A stretch of 64,000 nt of DNA from Patescibacteria group bacterium (GCA_018970465.1 JAGWWI010000002.1:4517-68516); one strand, 5' to 3'; positions 9,517 to 18,268 are shown, counted from the first letter of the stretch. Notes: generated by a model from the sequence alone, not told the origin. A program made the numbers and translations.

Positions 9517-10668
9517 TTAGTTGGTGAAGCGGAAGGATTGGATGATCGGCTCGAGCTTCGCATTTATATACGCTTGCCCGGCATCTCCGTTAACCGTTGC
9601 GTGCGCGAGTATACCGCTATATTGGAACATGAATATATCGAGCTGATAACAAAGGCCGTTCCGTACCGTCGCGTACGTGCTATTACCGACGTCTCCGTAG
9701 GGAATGCTCGTTTGCGTAAAGGCAATATCATTTATGGTAGTTGCTGCGGTGCCAAGGGTTTTGGTACAGCCGTTCTCTCCCTGCAACTTGTCCAATGGAA
9801 CGACCGATGCAAGCAAATATCCCTCGAGATTATCGGCGCCATCCACGACGTTGAAGTATGCCTCCGGAGGATTCTCGATGGTGGGCACCGAACCATACCC
9901 GGTAGTCTGCGCCGGCACGTCAGACGGATACTGGAGGCTGAACCCGTACTGCGCGTTAGCGTAGGTCTCGAGGCCGCTCACTACTGGACCCGTTCCGGCT
10001 GCCTTGCATGTAGAATCATACGTGCGAGTCGAGCCGTCGACCGAGACGGACAGGTTCGAGGACGACAACTTCGCGGTAGCCGGATCGGCTCCGAGAATGA
10101 CGGAACCGTTGCAATAGACGTTGTGCCTGTCCTTGGCATAAGGCGAGAAGTCGAGGTTCGGATTGAGCTCGACGAAGCTCGCGGCGTCGCCACTGACGAC
10201 AGGCGAAGAATCGACGAACGCGGAGTTTTCGTCCGCACTGAAGGAAAACTTCGTGATCCCGGTATCGTTACGGAAGAAAAGGACGGGCCCTGGTTTGGCG
10301 TACCACAGGAGAGAAAAGGTCGCCGGATCGGCACCCGCTATGACTACGCCGCCTCGATATACGTGACTCTTGTCTTTCCCGAAGCACAGGCCATAGATTG
10401 TGAGGTCTTGAAAGGTCGCCGCATCCGCCCCGGCGACCTTCTGGTATGCGCCGGAGCGGGGTTGAGTATCCATATAAATGGCGTCGCCATTTTTGTAGTA
10501 ACAACCGCTATCGGGCCCTACGCGCGCCGGGTCCACCGCAACGAAAGACCCGGCAGGCTCTCCGTTATTTCTGGCCGCCCGCCATGCCCTGCCCCCTGCG
10601 AATGCAACGACGACTAACACGGCCAGGCCGATCAGGACGAGCGAAGCGAACCCGCGAGCAGAGCGCAT
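9517..10668 (-). CDS. Anchored or secreted hypothetical protein, tandem paralog B
   Basis: 383 aa. N-terminus 'MRSARGFASLVLIGLAVLVVVAF'. C-terminal module '...YANAQYGFSLQYPSD...LEPIIQSFRFTN', shared with paralog C. Confidence 0.75.
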   Translation of the reverse strand: MRSARGFASLVLIGLAVLVVVAFAGGRAWRAARNNGEPAGSFVAVDPARVGPDSGCYYKNGDAIYMDTQPRSGAYQKVAGADAATFQDLTIYGLCFGKDKSHVYRGGVVIAGADPATFSLLWYAKPGPVLFFRNDTGITKFSFSADENSAFVDSSPVVSGDAASFVELNPNLDFSPYAKDRHNVYCNGSVILGADPATAKLSSSNLSVSVDGSTRTYDSTCKAAGTGPVVSGLETYANAQYGFSLQYPSDVPAQTTGYGSVPTIENPPEAYFNVVDGADNLEGYLLASVVPLDKLQGENGCTKTLGTAATTINDIAFTQTSIPYGDVGNSTYATVRNGLCYQLDIFMFQYSGILAHATVNGDAGQAYINAKLEPIIQSFRFTN

Positions 10669-10671
10669 GAG

Positions 10672-11688
10672 TTAGTTGGTGAAGCGGAAGGACTGGGCGA
10701 TCTGGTCAAGCTTGCCGAGAAGTACGGCTTCGGTGGCAGCCGACCAGCGTGGGTCAGTGCAACCACTATTTACGCATGCGCTCGGGAAACTGGTCAGGGC
10801 GATATCGTAACAATATCCGTTATGAACGGTTTTATATTCGCGCATGATGCCCTCCGCACTCACGCCTGCCTCATATCTGCTCTCGTCGAACTTGTTGAAG
10901 GTCATGCCGCCGATAGTCACCTGCGGCGTGCCGACGGGCCCTCCCAGACATTCGCCGGGTCCTGATTCGACCGTAACCGTTAAGTACCCCTCGGTTTGCA
11001 CTTGGTCCGTTCGGAGCTGGACAGAGACTACCGGATCGATGGCGAAAGGTTTGGAGGCGAAGGCCGAGGTGGCGAGCAGCGCGTCGGGTGGATACTCGAA
11101 GCTGAATCCGTACTGCGCGTTGGTATAGGTCTGCGTCTTTGTGGCACCTGCGACCGTGAGCGTTGCGCTCGTCTCTGTGTTATTAGGCCCGAACACATTG
11201 AGCGGATATGAGCCAGGCGGAAGCGTCCTGAAGTACGGACCGTCTACGAAAGAGACGGACCATCGCGCACCAGCCTGCACACTCGTGTCCGCGCTACCCG
11301 CGAGCTCGGTGCCACCTACGCTTTTGATCTGCACGTTGATGTCTCCCGACACCAAGGCCGTCCCGCTTATGGTTGGGTTCCCTGATGCTGACGTAAGCGA
11401 ACTCTGGTCGATAGCCACGCTCGGTCCTGCCGCTGATGATGGCGCCGTAGTCGTCTGATTGTTTGGAGCCGTTGTTGCGGTTGCGTTGGAGGTACTGGTC
11501 GCAACAGCGTCGGTATGGGTTGGCAGAGTAGCTTGTCGGGTGCCGTACCACCCCGCCCCAATCGCGGCGAGCGCGAGAACGACGAGGCCGATCACGATAA
11601 GCGAGGCGAAGCCCTGTGCGGGGATGCGGGACAGGCCGCGAGCGAGGGTATGCATATGCATCGATGATAGCACCCGAGCAAGCTTCAT
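10672..11688 (-). CDS. Anchored or secreted hypothetical protein, tandem paralog C
   Basis: 338 aa. '...IPAQGFASLIVIGLVVLALAAI', a Thr-rich linker 'TSTSNATATTAPNNQTTTAPSS', and C-terminal '...YTNAQYGFSFEYPPD...LDQIAQSFRFTN'. The start may be one of the internal Met residues (MHMHTL...). Confidence 0.7.
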   Translation of the reverse strand: MKLARVLSSMHMHTLARGLSRIPAQGFASLIVIGLVVLALAAIGAGWYGTRQATLPTHTDAVATSTSNATATTAPNNQTTTAPSSAAGPSVAIDQSSLTSASGNPTISGTALVSGDINVQIKSVGGTELAGSADTSVQAGARWSVSFVDGPYFRTLPPGSYPLNVFGPNNTETSATLTVAGATKTQTYTNAQYGFSFEYPPDALLATSAFASKPFAIDPVVSVQLRTDQVQTEGYLTVTVESGPGECLGGPVGTPQVTIGGMTFNKFDESRYEAGVSAEGIMREYKTVHNGYCYDIALTSFPSACVNSGCTDPRWSAATEAVLLGKLDQIAQSFRFTN

Positions 11689-11853
11689 AAGTCCCCTGGT
11701 TTAAGTCCTGTGTGTTTCGCGATCCCCTCCGCTTTCGCGCGAGCTCCCTGCTTCGTCTTGCCGTAAGCAAGTGCTCCGGGCATGCCTGCGACCTCCGCAA
11801 TCCAGAGCCCATCAACCTCGCGGTCGAAAACAACTTCCGCTGCCCGCACAGCC

Positions 11854-12078
11854 TTACGCATTGCTACGCGTGAGAGTGAAGGGGAGGGCTATGGGCTTGC
11901 GCGTATCACGCAGGCGCCGAGAAGCGTTGAGGAGCGTGAAGCCGCGCACGTGCTTAGTTCTTGGCGCGACCCGCAACAGCACGTCATTGCCCGCCTCCAC
12001 GGTTTGATCTGAAGCGCGGGGAGCGCCCTCAGAAAAGTAGAAGACATCTGCTTCTTTATCGTAAAAATAGTTGACCAT
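11854..12078 (-). CDS. DUF2283-like small protein (candidate antitoxin)
   Basis: 'MVNYFYDKEADVFYFSEGAPR...VRGFTLLNASRRL' matches the YDxExDxLYI pattern of DUF2283. ORF track 11854..12168. The start was trimmed to the internal Met to avoid overlap with the upstream gene. Confidence 0.55.
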   Translation of the reverse strand: MVNYFYDKEADVFYFSEGAPRASDQTVEAGNDVLLRVAPRTKHVRGFTLLNASRRLRDTRKPIALPFTLTRSNA

Positions 12079-12091
12079 GTTTGTATCCAGA

Positions 12092-12370
12092 TTAGAGGCT
12101 TTTAGGCTTCTTCGCAACATAGGCAGTGAGGACGAAGGGATTTCGGCCAGTTTTGAGTACAACCGCAAGGTACTTTCTTGAACGCGGGAGCAATCCGTAA
12201 CAGATGACCACTGTCTGATCGCTGACAGACCGGGTAATCACTTCGGGCTCTGCAAGCACGGATGCGAAATGCTTGAGGTATCGACTAACATCCGGATGGA
12301 AGGCCAGGATGTGGGCCTTCCGCTCCTCCGTGAACATGACGGCCCCGAACGGCGAGCTGAACCGTTGCAT
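12092..12370 (-). CDS. DUF4258-like small protein (candidate toxin)
   Basis: 92 aa, immediately upstream of the DUF2283-like gene on the same strand. Family assignment is from pattern memory only ('...YLAVVLKTGRNPFVLTAYVAKKP'). Confidence 0.45.
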   Translation of the reverse strand: MQRFSSPFGAVMFTEERKAHILAFHPDVSRYLKHFASVLAEPEVITRSVSDQTVVICYGLLPRSRKYLAVVLKTGRNPFVLTAYVAKKPKSL

Positions 12371-12438
12371 AATGGTAGTCTATCAAACCGAAAGGCCGGG
12401 TGAACCCGGCCTTTCGCGCGCGAACCGAAGGAGGCGAG

Positions 12439-13131
12439 CTACTCCCCGATATCGCGCTGGAGATGCTCGAGGTAGCGCGCGGCGGCGCCCTGGCCGCCGA
12501 GGCCGAAGGCGAGGCCGACTGCGAGCGCGACCGCGATCACGATACCCGTGAAGAGGGTCTGGATAAGCCCCGGCGCGACCTGGAGCTGGTCGAGGGCAGC
12601 GAGGATCGCGAAGACCCAGATCGCGTAGCGCGCGACCTTGCCGAGGAAGCCCGCGGCGTGGATGCGCGCGGCCTTCGCCGACCCGGCGACGACGCTCTCG
12701 GCCGCCTGCGCGACAACCGCCGCGACGAGGAGGATCAGGACCGCGACGATTACCTGCGGGAGGTACCCGAGGACGACATCGCTCAAGAAGACGTTCACCG
12801 TCTGGAGGTGGAGGAGGTCCAAGGCCGCGACCAAGAAGACGATGATGAAGAACCACTCGACGAGCCGGCCGAGGAAGCGGCCCGAAGAGAGGTTGAAGCC
12901 CGCCCGCGAGACGACGCGGTCGACGCCCGCCTGGCGCAAGGCCTGGTCGACCCGGAGCGAGTTGATCACCTGCTCGACGATCCGGCCGAGGCCGGCGCCG
13001 ATGATCCACCCGACGATGAAGATGATAATCGCTACGATCAGATTGGGGATGAAGGCGACCAGTCCGTAGAAGAGGCTCTGGAAGGACTGGTTCAACACAT
13101 CGGCCCACGTCGTGAACACCATTGATGGCAT
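12439..13131 (-). CDS. Polytopic membrane protein (mechanosensitive channel-like, conserved TM-helix family)
   Basis: 230 aa with several hydrophobic helices. The antisense ORFs 12383..13108 and 12400..13125 are Arg/Glu-rich artefacts. Confidence 0.55.
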   Translation of the reverse strand: MPSMVFTTWADVLNQSFQSLFYGLVAFIPNLIVAIIIFIVGWIIGAGLGRIVEQVINSLRVDQALRQAGVDRVVSRAGFNLSSGRFLGRLVEWFFIIVFLVAALDLLHLQTVNVFLSDVVLGYLPQVIVAVLILLVAAVVAQAAESVVAGSAKAARIHAAGFLGKVARYAIWVFAILAALDQLQVAPGLIQTLFTGIVIAVALAVGLAFGLGGQGAAARYLEHLQRDIGE

Positions 13132-13224
13132 GATCCCGGTAATAATTAGCGGCTAAGACGCTCTAAGAGCGGCTATGCTCCAGTCTAGCAAGCCTCGCCT
13201 CCCCCGCCGGGAGGGCTGTGGATA

Positions 13225-13800
13225 CTAGGGCGTGAGGCCGATCCGGTCTACGAGGAGCCGATGCGGGTAGTCGAACACGTCGCGCAGGAGGCGATCGTAG
13301 ACGCCGAGCCGGTAGCGGAACTCCGGCGTCTCGAATACCGCGTAGCGGATCTCCCGGCCAAGCTCGGCCTCGAGGGTGCGCACCGCCTTCGCGATCGCGC
13401 GCAGGTCGAGGTTGTCGCCCGCGACGAGGAGGTCGACGCGCGTCTCGACCGCGCCCGTGAAGAGCCCCGAGAGCGCGACGACGCGCAAGGTCCCTGCCTT
13501 GCGCAGCGCGGCGAGGATGTACTCGGGCCGGAGGATGGTGGTGTCGCGGATAAACGCCTCGAGCGCGGCGAGGTGCTCGTAGCGCGCGTTCGCCTGGTAC
13601 TTGGCGAGAGCACGGTCACCGCGCTTCGCGACCACGCCCGCCTCGCGCAAGGCGGCGAGCTCGCGCCGGACGACCGTCCCGTCGAGCGAGCTCCGGCGCG
13701 CCGCGTCCGCGAGCGTGAACGAGGTGCCCTGGTTAAAGACGAAGAGCCGCAGGAGCTTCACGCGCGCGAGGGAGCCGAAGAGCCTGCCGAGTCGATCCAT
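13225..13800 (-). CDS. Winged-helix transcriptional regulator
   Basis: 191 aa. N-terminal 'VKLLRLFVFNQGTSFTLADAARRSSLDGTVVRRELAALREAGVVAKRG' resembles an HTH of the ArsR/MarR type. Confidence 0.55.
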   Translation of the reverse strand: MDRLGRLFGSLARVKLLRLFVFNQGTSFTLADAARRSSLDGTVVRRELAALREAGVVAKRGDRALAKYQANARYEHLAALEAFIRDTTILRPEYILAALRKAGTLRVVALSGLFTGAVETRVDLLVAGDNLDLRAIAKAVRTLEAELGREIRYAVFETPEFRYRLGVYDRLLRDVFDYPHRLLVDRIGLTP

Positions 13801-13837
13801 TGTCCCCCGAGTGTACCGGCTCGCAGGGAGGAACGCA

Positions 13838-13867
13838 AAAACCGCCCCTCGGGGCGGTTTTTGCCTG
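13838..13867 (-). terminator. Rho-independent terminator after rplL (aaaaaccgcccc-tcgg-ggcggttttt)
   Basis: Perfect hairpin flanked by A and T runs, directly downstream of the rplL stop. Confidence 0.7.
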
Positions 13868-13881
13868 AGAATTGGTGCCGG

Positions 13882-14364
13882 TTACTTGAGCGTAACCTTC
13901 GCGCCAGCCTCCTCGAGCTTCTTCTTGAGCTCTTCAGCCTCCTCCTTCTTCAAGCCCTGCTTGACCAAGGACGGCGCGCCGTCGACCAAATCCTTCGCCT
14001 CCTTGAGGCCCAGGGCCAAGGCCTCCTTGACCGCCTTGATGACGGCGATCTTGTTCGCGCCCGCGTCCGTGAGCTCCACGTCCGCAGTCGACTTGCCCTC
14101 CTCGACCGGGGCAGCGCCCGCTGCGGGGCCCGCGACCGCGACCGCTGCCGCAGAGACGCCGAACTTCTTCTCCAAGACCTTCACGAGCTCCGAGAGCTCG
14201 AGGACGGTCATGCCCTCGACCTCCGCGACGAGCTTCTTGAACTTCTCGGGCACCTCGGCCGTCTCTTCGGCCTTCGCCTCCGCGACAGGAGCTGCCGCTT
14301 CCGGAGCGGATTCCTCCGCGGCCGGCGTCTCGACGACCTCCGTCTCCTTTACTGCTTCATCCAT
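13882..14364 (-). CDS. rplL: 50S ribosomal protein L7/L12, with an acidic N-terminal extension
   Basis: '[36 protein letters not shown]...[27 protein letters not shown]...KVTLK'. Confidence 0.95.
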   Translation of the reverse strand: MDEAVKETEVVETPAAEESAPEAAAPVAEAKAEETAEVPEKFKKLVAEVEGMTVLELSELVKVLEKKFGVSAAAVAVAGPAAGAAPVEEGKSTADVELTDAGANKIAVIKAVKEALALGLKEAKDLVDGAPSLVKQGLKKEEAEELKKKLEEAGAKVTLK

Positions 14365-14382
14365 AATGAGTCTGTAACGCTA

Positions 14383-14877
14383 CTAAGCTTTCTGCTCCCT
14401 GATCTGATCGAGCGCGATCACGAGGCCCTGGATCGGGCTGTTGATCACGTTCACGAACATGCCGCGCAGGACCGGAACGGGCGGGATGGTCGCGACCGCG
14501 ACCGCGCTCCCCTCGTTCTGGAAGGCCCCGTCGAAGATGCCGCCCAAGAGCTTCACAGCGCCTTTGAGCTTCTTGCCGTACTCGTGGAGGAGGCGCGCCG
14601 GAGCCGTCGTGTCCGCGCCGGCCGTCCAGGCGACCGCGACTTCGCCCGGCAATTCCGGGGCGGCACCGCCGTAGTTCTGGCCGGCAAGCGCGCGGCGGAT
14701 CAGGGTCTTCTTCGCGACGTAATAGCGAATCCCCTCGCTCTTCAACTCGCGGCGCATGCTCGAGGCGTCGGCCACGGTGAGCTTGTCGAAGCCGACAAAG
14801 ACCGCCGCAGTCGCCTCCTTGAGCGCCCCTTCGAGCTTGGCGAGGATCTCGCTTTTCTTCTCTTTGCGTATTGCCAT
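14383..14877 (-). CDS. rplJ: 50S ribosomal protein L10
   Basis: 'MAIRKEKKSEILAKLEGALKEATAAVFVGFDKLTVADASSMRRELKSEGIRYYVAKKTL'. Confidence 0.95.
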   Translation of the reverse strand: MAIRKEKKSEILAKLEGALKEATAAVFVGFDKLTVADASSMRRELKSEGIRYYVAKKTLIRRALAGQNYGGAAPELPGEVAVAWTAGADTTAPARLLHEYGKKLKGAVKLLGGIFDGAFQNEGSAVAVATIPPVPVLRGMFVNVINSPIQGLVIALDQIREQKA

Positions 14878-15120
14878 GGTGTGTGTGCGTACGAACGAAA
14901 CGAGGAGCTGTTCGACCTCCCGCCTGGGGCGGAGTGTCTCCCTGCGTAGGGCTTAGTGTTGCCTACGGTCTTCGGTCCGTACGCTCCCCACCCTATCAGG
15001 AGGTGGCGCGGAGCACAAGCAAGGCCGCCGCGACGATCGCGGAGAATCCGGCCGAGAACTTCACGAACTCGACCAAGTACGGCAGAGCCGGTCGCATACC
15101 GCCATCCTAGCATGAACGCG
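14878..15120 (-). promoter_or_regulatory. Long rplJ 5' leader (possible L10 autoregulatory leader)
   Basis: About 240 nt non-coding region between a strong bidirectional hairpin (15121-15148) and the rplJ start. The assignment is by position only. Confidence 0.3.
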
Positions 15121-15148
15121 AAAAGCCACTCCTTGCGGAGTGGCTTTT
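15121..15148. terminator. Bidirectional hairpin terminator (aaaagccactcc-ttgc-ggagtggctttt)
   Basis: Perfect 8-bp stem flanked by A and T runs, just downstream of the 15211..17217 gene. Confidence 0.65.
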
Positions 15149-15210
15149 CGCTTGCTAGGCCGATTCCCTAGCCGGAGCCCTTACTTAGTTTGGGGGCTAG
15201 GTCACTAGGA

Positions 15211-17217
15211 TTAGTGGCCGTGGAGGAAGATGTCGGACGTCTTGAAGGTGTTCAAGTTCGACGTGAAGTACGTCGTGCCCATCGTGTTCGTCGTGCTGTA
15301 GTTGATGCCGACCAACTGGTAGCCGAGCTCAACCGAAGCCGAAGACGACATCTTGTCCGAGGTGCCGACCGAGAGGTTCAGCGTGAAGGTGCGAGACGAG
15401 TTCGCAGCGACGTAGTAGTTCGTACCGTTGTCGTTGCTGTTCGAGCTGCCCGCGGAGACCGACGCCGTAGTGGTCGTCGTCGTCGCCGAGGAAGTCGTCG
15501 TCGTCGCGAACACCACGCCAAGGCTCGTCGCGAAGGCCGTGCCCGAGTTGGTCGTCGTCGTCGCCGTCGCCGTGCCGCCGACCCAGATCGCGGTATCACC
15601 CGCGGTCACGGTGAACGGAAGAGCGAACGTGCCCGTATCCTGGCCGCCCGCGAACGACGCGCTGTTGAGGGTCGCCGTCGGGGTGCCCATCGATACCGAG
15701 AGACCCGAAGCCGTCAGGGTGAGCGTATTGCCCGTCACCGCAGCCGAAGGCGTAACGCTGTTGCCCTGCGCATCCTGGATATCCCAGCCCGCCGTCGTCG
15801 AGGACGCGATAAGCGTCGTGCCGTCAGCATAGGCCGAATCGCCCTTGATATCAGCCGTGATCGTGTACTCGTTCGTCTGGTCCTGCGGGATCGTCTCGTT
15901 CATGTTGCTGAACGTGACGGTGCCGTACTTGCCAGACCCGAGGGTCGCCGACTTGAGGACGGTCGAGCCCTTCATGAGGTACACGGTGTTGACCACGTCG
16001 GAGAGGTTGGTCGCCGAGGTGTTCAAGCTGATCTGGAGGTTCTTGACGGTGATGTCAGAGTTCTTCGCCTTCAAGTTGATGGCGAGGAGCTTGACGCCGG
16101 TCGTCGTCGAGGACGCGACCGCTACCTGGCTCGCGACCGGGTTGTCAGCAGCCGGGGAGGCCGTGAGGGTGCCGGTGTTCGCCGAGGAGACCGTGAAGTT
16201 CTCCGAGTTCAAGGTGCCGTAGGTATCGGAGATACCGTCAGCGCCGACCGCGCGGATCGCGTCCGCGAGGAGCTGCGCCTTCATCGTACCCTCGAAGTTC
16301 GCGCTTCCATCCTGGTTCGCGCCAACCGAAGTGAGTGGCGTGACCTTGATGTAGAGGTTCGCCGTCTGGCCGTTCTTCACGATATCGTTGATACCCGTGA
16401 AGCGGTAGGTCCAGATGTTCGAAGACTCATCGCCCGCGGAGGCAGACATCGAAGCGAGCTTCGTGTTGCCGTCCCAGAGCTCGACGTCGGAGACGTACTG
16501 GTCAAGGTTCGTGCTGCCCGTCGTGACGCCCGAGAGGTCGAACGTCGCGTCAACGCGCTGGAGCTGGACATCGCCGCCCGTCGCGTCGAAGGACGAACCG
16601 ACAACCGCCGTCGCAGAATCACCCGCGTGGAGGTCGCTCGTGACCGAACCCAGGTGGCTCTCGTTGGTCAGGTAGCCAGCGCCCGTGAGCGTCGTCGAGG
16701 TCGAGGAGCCCGTGCCAGTGCCGGTCCCGGTGCCCGTCGAGGACGAGCCGCCGAGGTTCCACGCTGCGCGGGAGATCGAGCCGAAGTAGCCGGCAGCCGG
16801 CGTAACGCCAGCCTTAGCCTGCCACGCCATCACGGCGGTCTTCGTCTGAGCACCGAAGTACCCAGTCGCGCCGGCCGGGATCGAATAACCCGCCGCGATG
16901 AGGGCGTTCTGGAGGCAGGTGACCTGCGCGCCAGAAGAGCCCGTGTGGAGGTCCATCGTGAACGAGCAGGAGCCCGACATCGAGCCGGTGGTGCCGGTCG
17001 AGACCGGCGTGCCGCCCGAGAGCGAGGCCTGGACGTTCGCGATCGTAGTCGCATCAGCGCCGAAGGACTGGAGGAGCGAGACGATCGAGTTGATCTGGCT
17101 CGAGGTCAACGCTGCCGCGTGCGCCATAGGCGCGAGCGAGAGCAAAGACGTCGCCATACCAAGACCCGTCGCCACGGCCGCGACCTTCGCGATCGCTTTC
17201 GTAGTTACATTAGACAT
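15211..17217 (-). CDS. Large secreted surface protein with a peptidoglycan-binding domain (possible S-layer or cell-wall protein)
   Basis: 668 aa. Signal peptide 'MSNVTTKAIAKVAAVATGLGMATSLLSLAPMAHAAAL'. PG_binding_1-like block 'VTCLQNALIAAGYSIPAGATGYFGAQTKTAVMAWQAKAGVTPAAGYFG'. The remainder is Thr/Ser/Gly-rich and contains repeats. The Arg-rich antisense ORF 15190..17226 was rejected. Confidence 0.8.
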   Translation of the reverse strand: MSNVTTKAIAKVAAVATGLGMATSLLSLAPMAHAAALTSSQINSIVSLLQSFGADATTIANVQASLSGGTPVSTGTTGSMSGSCSFTMDLHTGSSGAQVTCLQNALIAAGYSIPAGATGYFGAQTKTAVMAWQAKAGVTPAAGYFGSISRAAWNLGGSSSTGTGTGTGTGSSTSTTLTGAGYLTNESHLGSVTSDLHAGDSATAVVGSSFDATGGDVQLQRVDATFDLSGVTTGSTNLDQYVSDVELWDGNTKLASMSASAGDESSNIWTYRFTGINDIVKNGQTANLYIKVTPLTSVGANQDGSANFEGTMKAQLLADAIRAVGADGISDTYGTLNSENFTVSSANTGTLTASPAADNPVASQVAVASSTTTGVKLLAINLKAKNSDITVKNLQISLNTSATNLSDVVNTVYLMKGSTVLKSATLGSGKYGTVTFSNMNETIPQDQTNEYTITADIKGDSAYADGTTLIASSTTAGWDIQDAQGNSVTPSAAVTGNTLTLTASGLSVSMGTPTATLNSASFAGGQDTGTFALPFTVTAGDTAIWVGGTATATTTTNSGTAFATSLGVVFATTTTSSATTTTTTASVSAGSSNSNDNGTNYYVAANSSRTFTLNLSVGTSDKMSSSASVELGYQLVGINYSTTNTMGTTYFTSNLNTFKTSDIFLHGH

Positions 17218-17497
17218 AGTCTGTAGTTGGTAAGTGCTTTAAGTGCACGTGATTAATGCAAGTGTTGTGAAGCCCGGTTCAATCACACTATCCGAGCCGC
17301 GCGCGGTATCGACCTGCGCGTAGCCCGGTTAGCTGGCTAATTTGAGGCGGCCATTCTAGGCCGCTATTCAGTTATCAAAGTGCCCGCTCCGAAGAGCGTA
17401 AGGCCCAGTATACCCGGGCCCTCCGCCGAGACGGAGCCGTGCGTGTGGATAACCCACGGGGCGCACATTACCAGAGACGGGCGGGACCGTCAAAAGC

Positions 17498-18268
17498 TTA
17501 CCGAGAGAGTTCGTACGTGCTCCAGCGTCGCTCGCCGCGCTTCAGGACCCTCCCCTCCCCTATTAATGTCTGGAGCTCGCGCTGGATGGTCTTCTCCGAT
17601 ACGCCGCGCACGACGAAGGAGAGGTCCCGGATCGAGACAGTGCCTTTGTCCGTTATATAGGACAGGATCGCCTCCTGCCGGGGCGAAGCGTGTCCTTTAT
17701 CGGCGTGGGGCTGCGCGACCTGCGCGCTCCGCGGCGCGGGGCTGCGGGGCGCCGCAGGGCGCGCTGCGCTCGTCGCGGAGAGCTCGCGGGCAAGCGCAGG
17801 CAGGGTCGCCGCCTCGGGGAGCGCGAGCCGCGGCTCTTCGTAGCCGGCCGCTTCTGCAAGAAGGGCGCGCGCTTCGGCAGCAATGAGCTCGGCATTCATG
17901 GGAGAGAGGAGCCCGCCCGCCCGCGCCATCGAGAGCAGGCTCGAGAGCGCAAGCAGTTCGCGCGAGAGCGCCTCGGCAAGCCGGGGGGCGGGCGCCTGCG
18001 CCGCTTCGGTGAGCGCGAGCGCGACCCCTTCGAGCTTCGCCCTCAAGGACAATGCCCCAGCGAACGCGGGGCCGACGAGGTAGAGCGCGCTTGCGAGCCG
18101 CTCAGCCTTCTTATAGATGTATACGCGGCGTATGTCCTTATAGAAAATGTTTGAAAACACTGATTTATCAAAGACTACATCGACCTCCTGACGCGACGAC
18201 TGTCGGGCAACCTGTCCTTTACTTTCACTAGCGTGTCCTAGAGATGCTTCATCGTGACCGATAGCCAT
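17498..18268 (-). CDS. Hypothetical protein with a C-terminal winged-helix (DeoR-like HTH) domain
   Basis: C-terminus 'RQEAILSYITDKGTVSIRDLSFVVRGVSEKTIQRELQTLIGEGRVLKRG'. ORF track start 18394 would overlap ftsK, so an internal Met (MAIGHDEA...) was used. Confidence 0.45.
   Translation of the reverse strand: MAIGHDEASLGHASESKGQVARQSSRQEVDVVFDKSVFSNIFYKDIRRVYIYKKAERLASALYLVGPAFAGALSLRAKLEGVALALTEAAQAPAPRLAEALSRELLALSSLLSMARAGGLLSPMNAELIAAEARALLAEAAGYEEPRLALPEAATLPALARELSATSAARPAAPRSPAPRSAQVAQPHADKGHASPRQEAILSYITDKGTVSIRDLSFVVRGVSEKTIQRELQTLIGEGRVLKRGERRWSTYELSR

Noticed and set aside
13261-14949. 562-aa plus-strand ORF spanning the regulator and rplL/rplJ region
   Set aside because: - It lies antisense to rplL, rplJ and the wHTH regulator.
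- Its composition is Arg/Glu/Leu-rich and low-complexity.
- The real genes are on the minus strand.
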